22,090 bases of DNA from Candidatus Krumholzibacteriia bacterium (GCA_036478295.1 JAZGDW010000016.1:1-22090); one strand, 5' to 3'; positions 10,401 through 18,041 are shown, counted from the first letter of the stretch. Numbers and translations: made by a program. Notes: a model not told the origin generated them from the sequence alone.

Positions 10401-10407
10401 TTATTAA
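7399..10407 (+). CDS. Membrane hybrid signalling protein 1: multi-TM, GAF, HisKA-HATPase_c, GAF, HD-GYP-like (1002 aa)
   Basis: Hydrophobic N-terminal helices. GAF (SLIGLPLSTGHQVIGVIYV...F). H-box SHELRTPLTSIKAY (His at 8641), NLITNAVKY, DQGIGIP, GIGLGLAIVK. Second GAF (GEGIAGKVA...SLLSVPL...VVGVINV). VHDIG (HD at 9946-9951), HHERVDGLGYP, RPYR. ATGA overlap with the upstream kinase gene. Confidence 0.9.
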   Translation: MIKHAGRFVEDTHGGAGTMSELLHLRMVELFSFFIIVFATGRIAGFVYELGAFLLLFVCATFLQFVTSIMWSFTGRRLGWRGDRIDLAMRWYSGVLDFFVVFGIIYLTGSIESPFLFLLVIPLFFASHIFSLRVTLGVFLAGTVAAVGVLGYLELTGMVAHHSCYAFENKVYLDPDYYMASLLVLAGFLGLIVFLSHAFQNHFHSSISTLHEQDQQTQDKISELAKLYDISLGINTVMTVETLLKMVAKEATILLAQPWAAIILFNQQQEITHSAIVGIPETFHSNLGSKMRKGGVTEWLWKNNQPVVVEDVLADKRASAGEFLMATKIRSLIGLPLSTGHQVIGVIYVGDFVTKRFEDNHLRLLAVMSDQLAIAIAKSKLYESIQRKLHMYEQKVETLERTNVLKSEYVSHASHELRTPLTSIKAYMETLRNHIDDPSFTEKKDFVEIVSKETDRLIRIVNDILDVSNIEFGQRAPKREAFQIEDTIKQVTSMIQPKLSDKNITLKTDLPGNLPKVDADKDLMTQVFINLITNAVKYSPEGTTVTITAREDAVDVIISIEDQGIGIPRAQVENIFDKYFRVKSEESRQYDGIGLGLAIVKNIIEQHGGTITVTSKERVGSRFIFTIPKEHCVNELLGYISEGVSSQTELHEMLKVIVRMIAELLGAKIVSLMLLDQNRTELFIKVSYGLDEWIVDQARVKLGEGIAGKVAETGLPLLIDNIEENEFYNSPNNPQYETMSLLSVPLRVGKVVVGVINVNNKTSGKPFDQDDMNLLMSFGERIAKALERMRTADKSQLYLADTVEAFKKMLAKQIQTQGIEKIVGMAVKVSRRLNLSAKDTKVIQYVASVHDIGMTRISDEILNKTFNLTPEELEQIRSHPQVGTELMRPLEFVELVSNIILYHHERVDGLGYPIGLKGEEIPIGSRILAVIDAYQSITDDRPYREKQRPTVATQELVDCAGKQFDIEVVRCFIEVLKDEGTLSEEKAKDFKKALRAAVPSTY

Positions 10408-10419
10408 CAGGGGTCGACA

Positions 10420-13400
10420 ATGGATTTGATCACAAATAGCCTTTTGGCAAGCGGCGGCGCCGATACGGCCTACATCGTCGCCACGGCCATCCTGGGCGCG
10501 TTCGTGATCTTTGCGGTTTGGAGGGGTCGCGTGCTGACCGGCGAGGGCGTGGTCCCACCCCTCTATTTCGCGCTGATCGCGTTTCTAGCCAGCCGGGTTT
10601 TGATACTCGATTCGTACCTATCGCCCGCGGGCATCAGACAGTCGGATCATGTGTTGTTTTCCTTGCTCTGCCTGGGAAGCTTCTACGTGTTGAACAGAAC
10701 CCTGCGCCGGCTTGTATGGTACGAAAGCGGGAATCCGCCGGGGGACCGGGACAACCCGGCCCTGGCGGCTGAGCGGACGCCGGTCCGCATACTGAAGCAG
10801 TCCACCTACTTCGGGCTCTTTGCCGGCTTTGTGTATCTGCTCAAATCGCCTTCCGTTACCATGGCTACCTTTGCCCTGGACCTCGTGAACTACTCGCTCG
10901 TTGCGGCGACCATTCCGATGGTCACCTTCGTTTTTGTATGGATAAGCCGGGTTCCCCGGGCACTCAAGGGGAGCGTCCTCGCCAGTGTCATTCTCATTAG
11001 TATGTCGTGGGGCCTCTTTCAAGTTGCAATGCTGACGAACGCACCCTGGAGTCCTTGGGCCATCGCGACCGCACGGGTAGGGGACATCGTGGGACTGTTT
11101 GTCCTCCTTATAACGCTGGTCTCTAATTACGTGCGCCTCGGCGCTTATTACCAGTCGCTTGCGGCCAAGAGCAAGGTCGACGTGAAGCGCGCGAAGAGCG
11201 AGCTCGATAAACTGAATGAGATCGCCTCCAATATTTATGAAGATAGCGCGAACCTCATCAAGAAGCAGAAACAGCAGACGATGGTCTACGTACGCAAGGT
11301 CGAAAGTCTCGAAAAGATCCTGCAAATCGGCATCTTGATTCAGCAGCGGCACCGCCTCGAAGAATTACTGCAGATGATCGTGGAACTGGTGAGAGACAAC
11401 CTGGGTTTCAAAACGGTGACACTGCGGCTGCTCAACAAGAAGGCGCAGACATTCGAAACCAGAGCGCATGTCGGTTTGAGCGACGAAATCCGGGAGACAG
11501 TCGCGAGTTACCGAATTCCCCTCGCAGAGTACAACAAAATGATCGAGCCCCGCTTTCGAATCAGCAACAGCTATTTCATCAAGCACAATAACCCATGGTA
11601 CGGCGATGAGCTGGAGGGCAACGAGACGGTACTCGTCGAAAACACATGGGATGACATCGACATGCTGTTGGTGCCTTTGGCGAGTGACGAAGAGGGGATA
11701 ATCGGATACCTGTCCGTCGAGAACCCCACCACACCCACTCTCGAGGTCGGCGACGTGATCGAAAACCTGGAAAACATTGCCTCCCTGGCGGTAACCACGA
11801 TACGAAACGCCAGATTCTTGAAGGAACTGGAACGGAAAAACCAGAAGCTCCGCCTTTACGCGGACAAACTGTCGGGTCTCAACAAGCTGAAATCGAATTT
11901 TGTCGCGACGATCTCGCACGAGTTCCGCACGCCGCTCACATCGATCAAGGCCTACTGTGACACGCTGCTGCAAAACGTGGAAAACGTCGACCGAGGCTTG
12001 TTGAAGCAGTTCCTCGTCGTCATCGATGAGGAGAGCAGGAGATTGATGGCGCTCATCGAGGACATTCTCGATTTCTCGCAAATGGAATCGGGCGCAATGC
12101 GATTCGAAAGGACACCGTGTAATCTGACGGATCTTTCCGCTGTCGCCGCGAAGGAGCTGGAGAAGAATTACGAGAGCAAGGGTTTGACACTCCACCGGAG
12201 GGTCCCGGACGAAAACGTTATGGTGCAGGGTGACAGGACCCTCCTCAAGCAATTGCTGGTAAGCCTCCTGCACAACGCGTCGAAATTCACCAGGCAGAGG
12301 GGCAACGTGTGGCTCACCATTGAGGATGCGACGGCGGCGGTCACCCTGGCGGTGGAGGATGAGGGTATCGGCATCCCTGACGATGAGCTGGAAAAGATAT
12401 TCGAGCAGTTTCACCAGGTCGATAGCACTACTACGCGAAAGCATGGCGGGTCGGGGCTGGGGCTCGCAATCTGTAAGAACATCGCGGAGTGGCACGAGGG
12501 CAGGATCTGGGTGGAAAACATTCCCGGGCGTGGAGCCAGATTCGTGGTCGTGCTGCCGAAGAAGCAGGCGGTGGTCAGAAGTCACGTCATCGGCATCCAC
12601 GGCGCCGTTCGTCGCTTCGAGGTGGAACGGTTGCTCGAACTTCTGGTGGAGAACATCGCCGAGTTCATGCAGGTACGTAAGGCGTCCATCATGCTGGTGG
12701 ACGAAAAGACCAAAGAACTCCGAATCGAGTGCGCCCTGGGTCTCGACGAGGAGATTGTAGAGGGTGCCAAGGTGAAGTTCGGGGAGGGTATCTCGGGACG
12801 GGTGGCCCAGGAAGCCCGGACGCTCCTCGTCACCAATATCGAAACCGACGAGCGTGTCTCCCAAAGCAATAATGAACTGCTGTACGGCTCAAAGTCGTTC
12901 TTGTCCGTTCCCATAATGAGCGGAGGCGAAGTAGTCGGGGTTGTCAATATTGCCAGCCCCATACACAAGCCGGTACTCGAAGAGTCGGACGGTCGCCTGC
13001 TGGAGATGCTGGTCGAGAGAGTGTCGACTGCGATAGAAAGATTGAAAGATTTTACCAAGGTATCGGGAAGGTACGAGCAGGTACGTGAAACGTTCAAGGC
13101 GATACTCGAAGCCAAGAGGTTCATAGACTCGGAGGACGACGACCTCACGGTGGAGATTGCCGTGAGGATTGCGCAAAAGCTCGGGCTCGACGCGGAAGAG
13201 GTCGCCCGGTTGCGTTACTCCCTGCATGTGTACGATTTGGGCCTGTCCAAGATCGGTTATCATATCATCAAAAAGCCCATGGAGTTGTCGCCGAGAGACC
13301 GCAAGGACATAGAGCGCCATACCAGCCTGGGCACGCAGATGCTGTCGGTGTTAGAGAACGACCCGGATGTGAGAAACGTCGTCCTGTACCATCACGAGAA

Positions 13401-13686
13401 CTTCGATGGTACCGGCTACCCCGGGCAGTTGAAAGGCGACGCCATCCCCATCGAAGCGCGAATTGTTCGCGTGACGGATTCGCTACGTGGCCTGATGTCG
13501 AGGCGACCCTACCAGAGACAGTACTCGCTCAGCGAGGCGATGGAAGTCATCAAACATCGTTCGGGAGACCTCTTTGATCCGGAGATCGTGGACGTCTGTA
13601 TTGAAGTCATAGAAGAATTTGAGGGTAAGGCCGCCCAGGACGGAACCGGAGTTCCGGGAGAAGCGACCGTCGAGGATCGATCTTAG
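10420..13686 (+). CDS. Membrane hybrid signalling protein 2: multi-TM, GAF, HisKA-HATPase_c, GAF, degenerate HD-GYP (YD-GYP) (1088 aa)
   Basis: About 6-7 hydrophobic segments. GAF (MLLVPL...IIGYLSV). H-box SHEFRTPLTSIKAY (His at 11917), LLHNASKF, DEGIGIP, GSGLGLAICK. Second GAF (GEGISGRVA...SFLSVPI...VVGVVNI). VYDLG (YD at 13231-13236), HHENFDGTGYP, RPYQ. Confidence 0.9.
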   Translation: MDLITNSLLASGGADTAYIVATAILGAFVIFAVWRGRVLTGEGVVPPLYFALIAFLASRVLILDSYLSPAGIRQSDHVLFSLLCLGSFYVLNRTLRRLVWYESGNPPGDRDNPALAAERTPVRILKQSTYFGLFAGFVYLLKSPSVTMATFALDLVNYSLVAATIPMVTFVFVWISRVPRALKGSVLASVILISMSWGLFQVAMLTNAPWSPWAIATARVGDIVGLFVLLITLVSNYVRLGAYYQSLAAKSKVDVKRAKSELDKLNEIASNIYEDSANLIKKQKQQTMVYVRKVESLEKILQIGILIQQRHRLEELLQMIVELVRDNLGFKTVTLRLLNKKAQTFETRAHVGLSDEIRETVASYRIPLAEYNKMIEPRFRISNSYFIKHNNPWYGDELEGNETVLVENTWDDIDMLLVPLASDEEGIIGYLSVENPTTPTLEVGDVIENLENIASLAVTTIRNARFLKELERKNQKLRLYADKLSGLNKLKSNFVATISHEFRTPLTSIKAYCDTLLQNVENVDRGLLKQFLVVIDEESRRLMALIEDILDFSQMESGAMRFERTPCNLTDLSAVAAKELEKNYESKGLTLHRRVPDENVMVQGDRTLLKQLLVSLLHNASKFTRQRGNVWLTIEDATAAVTLAVEDEGIGIPDDELEKIFEQFHQVDSTTTRKHGGSGLGLAICKNIAEWHEGRIWVENIPGRGARFVVVLPKKQAVVRSHVIGIHGAVRRFEVERLLELLVENIAEFMQVRKASIMLVDEKTKELRIECALGLDEEIVEGAKVKFGEGISGRVAQEARTLLVTNIETDERVSQSNNELLYGSKSFLSVPIMSGGEVVGVVNIASPIHKPVLEESDGRLLEMLVERVSTAIERLKDFTKVSGRYEQVRETFKAILEAKRFIDSEDDDLTVEIAVRIAQKLGLDAEEVARLRYSLHVYDLGLSKIGYHIIKKPMELSPRDRKDIERHTSLGTQMLSVLENDPDVRNVVLYHHENFDGTGYPGQLKGDAIPIEARIVRVTDSLRGLMSRRPYQRQYSLSEAMEVIKHRSGDLFDPEIVDVCIEVIEEFEGKAAQDGTGVPGEATVEDRS

Positions 13687-13714
13687 CAGTAGTATCCCTA
13701 GGGAGAGCGTAACG

Positions 13715-14092
13715 ATGCACAAAGGAAAAGTACTGGTGGTAGACGACGAGGTTTACATTCTTCACATCCTGGAGTTCAGCCTGGGCGCGGAAGGGTTCGA
13801 GGTTATTTCCGCAAGCAACGGAGAACTCGCCGTCGAAAAAGCAAAACAGGAAAAGCCCAACCTGATCGTGCTGGACATCATGATGCCTGTGCTGGACGGG
13901 TACGAAACGTGCAGGCGGCTGAAACAGGATCCGGAGACCAAGGACATTCCTGTTGTTCTTCTGACAGCCAAGGGGCGGGATGTCGACAAGCGCCTTGGCT
14001 TCGAAGTGGGCGCGATCGACTATATCGTAAAGCCCTTTAGCCCCAGCCGGCTGATCGAACGCATCGAAGAGATCATCGGGGTCAAAAAGTAA
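13715..14092 (+). CDS. Single-domain response regulator (stand-alone receiver, 125 aa)
   Basis: VLVVDDE, LDIMMPVLDG, LLTAK, DYIVKPF, with no output domain. SD GGGAG at 13701-13705 supports the ATG at 13715. Confidence 0.92.
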   Translation: MHKGKVLVVDDEVYILHILEFSLGAEGFEVISASNGELAVEKAKQEKPNLIVLDIMMPVLDGYETCRRLKQDPETKDIPVVLLTAKGRDVDKRLGFEVGAIDYIVKPFSPSRLIERIEEIIGVKK

Positions 14093-14131
14093 TGACGTCC
14101 TACACGCCACGACCCTCTCTCCCTGATCTCC

Positions 14132-14160
14132 TTGCGTCACTGTATCGGGCGGCCTATACT
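14132..14160 (+). promoter_or_regulatory. Sigma70-type promoter for priA (leaderless geometry)
   Basis: TTGCGT (14132-14137)-N17-TATACT (14155-14160), then 7 nt, then ATG at 14168. Confidence 0.7.
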
Positions 14161-14167
14161 CGGCTGG

Positions 14168-16399
14168 ATGCATCTGACGTCACGAGATTCTTCCGCTCGA
14201 TCTAGAACGTTCGCCAAGGTGGCGCTGCCGCTGCCCGTGGCGACCTACTTTACCTATCAAATACCAGAAGAACTGCGCGAAACAATTCTGCTCGGTGGCC
14301 GGGTGGAAGTGCCGTTCGGCAAACGAATCATGAGCGGCGTCGTCGTAGAGTTTTCAGACGCCAGCGACGTTGCGAAGATCAGACCAATCCGCCGGCTTTA
14401 CCAGACGTATCTCCCCGAACCGCTCTTGAAACTCACGCACTGGATCGCGTCGTACTACGGCTGCTCCGTTGGAGAAGCAGCCCAGGCCGTGTTGCCCCCG
14501 GTGCTAAAAAAATCACTGAGAAAGGACCGGGTGCGGGGGGTACTTCACCTGATAAAGCCGAAGGACGGAAGCAGCTACGATGAAATATTGAAGAGGGCGC
14601 CCAAACAACTGGCGCTGGTCAGCTTTCTCGCGCAGTCGGGGGGACGGGCGGCCGTCGGGACAGTCACCGGCGATGGGGGTTTCGAGACCGTGCAAATAAA
14701 CAGCCTGCAAGCGAAAGGCCTGGTCAAGCTCGAGGCCGGAACTCGCGTGTCCCCGCTTGCGCTCATAGAAGAGGAGGTGATGAATCTCAACGTGCATCAG
14801 AGCCGCGCACTGGACGGGATAAACCGGTGCCTGTCGGTCGGTGAGTTTGCCCCTGTGTTGTTGCACGGCGTGACGGGCAGCGGCAAGACCGAACTCTACC
14901 TGAGGGCCGCGCGGCGAGTGATTTCGGACGGCGGAGGGTGCATCGTGCTCGTGCCTGAAATCGGCCTGATTCCGCAGGCCACGGAACGATACCGGCGCTT
15001 TTTTGGAGAAGAGATCGCGATTCTGCACAGCCGCTTGACCGGGCCGGAGCGATTTTCCGTCTGGCGGCGAATCGAAAGCGGCGAGTGCCACATCGTCCTC
15101 GGTCCCCGTTCCGCCGTGTTCAGCCCGGTAAACAATCTGAAACTTATCATTGTGGACGAGGAGCAAGACGACTCTTACAAACAAGAAGACAAGCCCCGCT
15201 ACCATGCGCGAAGCGTTGCCCTCATGCGCGGCAAGAACGAGGCCCTTACCGTCGTCATGGGCTCGGCGACGCCTTCCCTGGAATCGTTTCACCGGGCCAA
15301 GCAGGGGCGTTACAGATACCTGTCACTACCGACGCGCGCCGGGGACGCGTCCCTGCCCGAGATAACCCTGGTGGATATGCGCGTGGCATCCCTGGAGGGC
15401 ACGTTTTTTTCATCGCAGCTCCTCGAGCGCCTCGAGGACAACGTCAACCAGGGATACCAGAGCATCCTCTTTCTTAACAAACGCGGGCACGCTCGGTTTG
15501 TTCAGTGCAACACCTGCGGTTGGGTGGCGCGGTGCAGAAACTGCGATATCTCGCTGACCTACCACCGGGTGACGAACAGCCTGAGGTGTCATTTCTGCGG
15601 CTATAATAGAGGGGCGGTCACGCGCTGTGCCGAATGTGGCGGCGCCCGGCTTTATTTTGCCGGCGCGGGAACCCAACGCATCGAGCTGGACCTGGGCGCG
15701 TTTTTTCCGGGAGCGGGAATCCTGCGCATGGACGCCGATACGACGGCGGGCAAGGAAGGTCACCGCCGCGTATTGGAGGAGTTCAGTACGGGCAACTACC
15801 CTTTCTTGATCGGCACCCAGATGGTGACCAAGGGGCACCATTTCCCGAAGGTGAACCTGGTCGGCGTGCTCTTCGCCGAGGAAAGTCTGAACTATCCGGA
15901 TTTTCGGTCGGCGGAGCGTACCTTCCGGCAACTCACCCAGGCCGCCGGCCGGGCAGGCCGCGTCGGCAAGAGTGGAGTCGTGGTGATTCAAACCTACGTG
16001 CCGGAGCATCACGTGTTCAAGCATCTCCAATCCCACGATTACGATGCATTCATGGCCGAAGAACTGCGTGTCCGCCGGCAACTCAAATACCCGCCGTTTT
16101 CCAGGATTATCCTTGCGACATGCAGCGCCCCCGGCCCGGCCGTGCTTGGGCGCGTGATCGGGTTGTGGGCCGCCACGGTTCGAAAACGGCTGGCTGGAAA
16201 AGCGGACGTGCTCGGCCCCGCGCCGCCGTTGGTGGCAAAAGTCAAGAACCGGTTTCGCGAGCAACTGATGATCAAGGGACGGTTGTCGAATTCGCAGAAG
16301 GCGATCCTCCTCGATGATTTCAGGAAGGTCAGCGAGCGGGTGCGCGGCGGCCGGACGGTACAGCTGAGATGGGACGTCGATCCGGAGACGTTCTATTGA
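14168..16399 (+). CDS. priA: Primosomal protein N' (replication restart helicase)
   Basis: N-terminal FTYQIP...RVEVPFG, Walker A LLHGVTGSGKTELY, LVPEIGL, IIVDEEQD...YKQ, GSATPSLES, four CxxC pairs (CNTC, CRNC, CHFC, CAEC), GTQMVTKGHHF, QAAGRAGR. Confidence 0.97.
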   Translation: MHLTSRDSSARSRTFAKVALPLPVATYFTYQIPEELRETILLGGRVEVPFGKRIMSGVVVEFSDASDVAKIRPIRRLYQTYLPEPLLKLTHWIASYYGCSVGEAAQAVLPPVLKKSLRKDRVRGVLHLIKPKDGSSYDEILKRAPKQLALVSFLAQSGGRAAVGTVTGDGGFETVQINSLQAKGLVKLEAGTRVSPLALIEEEVMNLNVHQSRALDGINRCLSVGEFAPVLLHGVTGSGKTELYLRAARRVISDGGGCIVLVPEIGLIPQATERYRRFFGEEIAILHSRLTGPERFSVWRRIESGECHIVLGPRSAVFSPVNNLKLIIVDEEQDDSYKQEDKPRYHARSVALMRGKNEALTVVMGSATPSLESFHRAKQGRYRYLSLPTRAGDASLPEITLVDMRVASLEGTFFSSQLLERLEDNVNQGYQSILFLNKRGHARFVQCNTCGWVARCRNCDISLTYHRVTNSLRCHFCGYNRGAVTRCAECGGARLYFAGAGTQRIELDLGAFFPGAGILRMDADTTAGKEGHRRVLEEFSTGNYPFLIGTQMVTKGHHFPKVNLVGVLFAEESLNYPDFRSAERTFRQLTQAAGRAGRVGKSGVVVIQTYVPEHHVFKHLQSHDYDAFMAEELRVRRQLKYPPFSRIILATCSAPGPAVLGRVIGLWAATVRKRLAGKADVLGPAPPLVAKVKNRFREQLMIKGRLSNSQKAILLDDFRKVSERVRGGRTVQLRWDVDPETFY

Positions 16400-16582
16400 G
16401 CGTCGAGCCGGCGATCCCTCCATTGCGCCTCGCGTGCGCACGGAACGCTCGCTGGCGGTATCGTGCGGGCGGCGATAACGTTCTTGTTGACAATGGATTA
16501 TTCCGGCGACCGGCATGCCGGCGACCCCGGCCACGGGGGCTCTCTGCACGAGGGGCAGGGGCGCCGCGACCCGTGAAAACCG

Positions 16583-16611
16583 TTGACAGCGGCCCCCCGC
16601 ATTCCTAAAAT
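16583..16611 (+). promoter_or_regulatory. Near-consensus sigma70 promoter P1
   Basis: TTGACA (16583-16588)-N17-TAAAAT (16606-16611). Confidence 0.75.
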
Positions 16612-16614
16612 ACC

Positions 16615-16645
16615 TTGACACTCGCCGAGAGAGTGATTATATAAA
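16615..16645 (+). promoter_or_regulatory. Tandem sigma70 promoter P2
   Basis: TTGACA (16615-16620)-N17-TATATA(AA) starting at 16638. Confidence 0.55.
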
Positions 16646-16647
16646 TG

Positions 16648-16829
16648 ACAGGCTTCCCCAACGAGTTGGAATTTCGGGACGCACCGGCCCCAGAAGAGGC
16701 ACCTTCCTTAGGTTGAAATTAATTCAGACGATCTTCAAAGGAATTGCGGGAAAGTAAGGCGGTACGCGAGAATGTTTTCGCGTGTCGAAGCCAAGATGAC
16801 AGCCGGATGAGGGGTTTGAGTATTCCTGT
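16648..16829 (+). ncRNA. Candidate ~180-nt structured RNA or structured leader (unclassified)
   Basis: Begins just after P2. Nested complementary segments found by eye: ACAGG/CCTGT, CCCC/GGGG, TTGG/CCAA, TTCG/CGAA, ACCG(G)CC/GGCGGT, TTCCT/AGGAA, TTGAA/TTCAA, plus a side hairpin ACGCGAGA/TTTCGCGT. Confidence 0.35.
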
Positions 16830-16842
16830 GCACGACGGATTC

Positions 16843-16872
16843 TGTATAATTATCGTTACACAATCATTGTAA
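16843..16872 (+). promoter_or_regulatory. Consensus -10 (TATAAT 16845-16850) with overlapping inverted repeats upstream of the TPR gene
   Basis: TGTATAATTATCGTTACA (TGT-N12-ACA) and TTACA-N7-TGTAA (16856-16872). No good -35 is seen. Strong SD GGGGAGGA follows. Confidence 0.45.
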
Positions 16873-16890
16873 TAGGGGAGGATCGACGCG

Positions 16891-17970
16891 ATGAAGCTAA
16901 TGAAGTTGGGGTTGTTCGGGTATGCGATAATGCTCGTCTTCTTCGCCGGTTGCAAGTCGAAGGAGACGACGAGCGCGATTCTTCACAACTCCGTAGGCAG
17001 GTACGATCTTGCGATCCAGACCGCCACGGAGGCTCTTGCTAAGGACCCCACCGATGCCGAAGCGCATTTTCAGCTGGGCATATCCTACAGCCACCTCGAC
17101 AGCACCGGCCTGGCATATGAGAATTTTATGAGGGCAGCCGAGCTGGACCCCAACCAGATCCGCAAGAAGAACGTCGAGAATAACATCCAGAGTAACTACG
17201 CAAAGCACTACAACCGCGCGTTGAAAGTGATGAAAGACGAGGACAAGACCGACGCGGTTGCGGAATTCATTAAGGCCACGCAGGCCGACCCGCGTGAAGC
17301 CAAGGCGTTTTTTCAACTCGCGAAAGTCTATTCAATGATGGGCGAATCCGAACCCAAGTACTACAACAACGCGATCGCGAATTTCGACAGGGTGCTCGAT
17401 CTGGCGACACCGGCGGACAAACACTATATCGACGCCCTGAGTCTTGCCGGAGAGGTTCTCGCCAAATCGGGCAGGCCGGAAGAAGCGGTGTCGCGTTTTG
17501 CCCGGCTGGTTGAGGAGGACCCGACGAATTACCGCGTCATCGAGAAGCTGGGATACAGCCGCCTGGACACAAAAGACTGGAAGGGTGCCGCGGTCTTTCT
17601 CGACCTGTCGGCCCAGGCCAGGTCAAAAATCGGGGCAGAGGATTTCAATCTCTACTACAACCTCGGCGTCGCCAATTTCCAGATGGGCAAGGAAGTACCG
17701 GATTTTCTGCCCAGGGCGGTGGATTATTACCAGAATGCGCTAAACCTCGAGCCCAACGAGCCCACGACTACGTACAATATCGTGGCCACCTATGTGGTGG
17801 GTGAGAACTGGGCCGAGGCGGTGACCTGGGGCGAGCGTTACGTCGATCTCAAACCAGATGATCCGAACGGCTGGAAGCTTCTCTCACGAAGCTATACGGA
17901 GTTAGGAGACCAGGAAAAAGGGCGCCAGTGCATGGCCCGGTACGCGGAACTCGTCAAGCAGTCTGACTAG
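16891..17970 (+). CDS. Tetratricopeptide-repeat lipoprotein (359 aa)
   Basis: Signal peptide with lipobox FAG|C (Cys21). Repeated TPR patterns: AEAHFQLGISY, AKAFFQLAKVY, LYYNLGVANF, ALNLEPNE, DPNGWKLLSRSY. Confidence 0.85.
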   Translation: MKLMKLGLFGYAIMLVFFAGCKSKETTSAILHNSVGRYDLAIQTATEALAKDPTDAEAHFQLGISYSHLDSTGLAYENFMRAAELDPNQIRKKNVENNIQSNYAKHYNRALKVMKDEDKTDAVAEFIKATQADPREAKAFFQLAKVYSMMGESEPKYYNNAIANFDRVLDLATPADKHYIDALSLAGEVLAKSGRPEEAVSRFARLVEEDPTNYRVIEKLGYSRLDTKDWKGAAVFLDLSAQARSKIGAEDFNLYYNLGVANFQMGKEVPDFLPRAVDYYQNALNLEPNEPTTTYNIVATYVVGENWAEAVTWGERYVDLKPDDPNGWKLLSRSYTELGDQEKGRQCMARYAELVKQSD

Positions 17971-18041
17971 ACCAGGAGTGCGGGGCGGCGGTTGATCACC
18001 CGGTAGACAACCCTTCAAAGATTGCCGATTCCGGGCGGTTT

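Noticed and set aside
11365..12864. Long antisense ORFs (499 aa here; also 5564-6787, 15410-16621, 20881-21864 and others)
   Set aside because: They are shadows of well-supported genes in GC-rich DNA and carry no recognisable motifs.
13619..13714. ORF-track N-terminal extensions of the receiver (13619), priA (14132), rpmE (19714) and DUF1385 (19784)
   Set aside because: They overlap upstream genes or promoter elements. SD placement and family N-termini support the later starts.
16487..16515. Third TTGACA in the priA-TPR spacer
   Set aside because: There is no -10 element 16-18 nt downstream.
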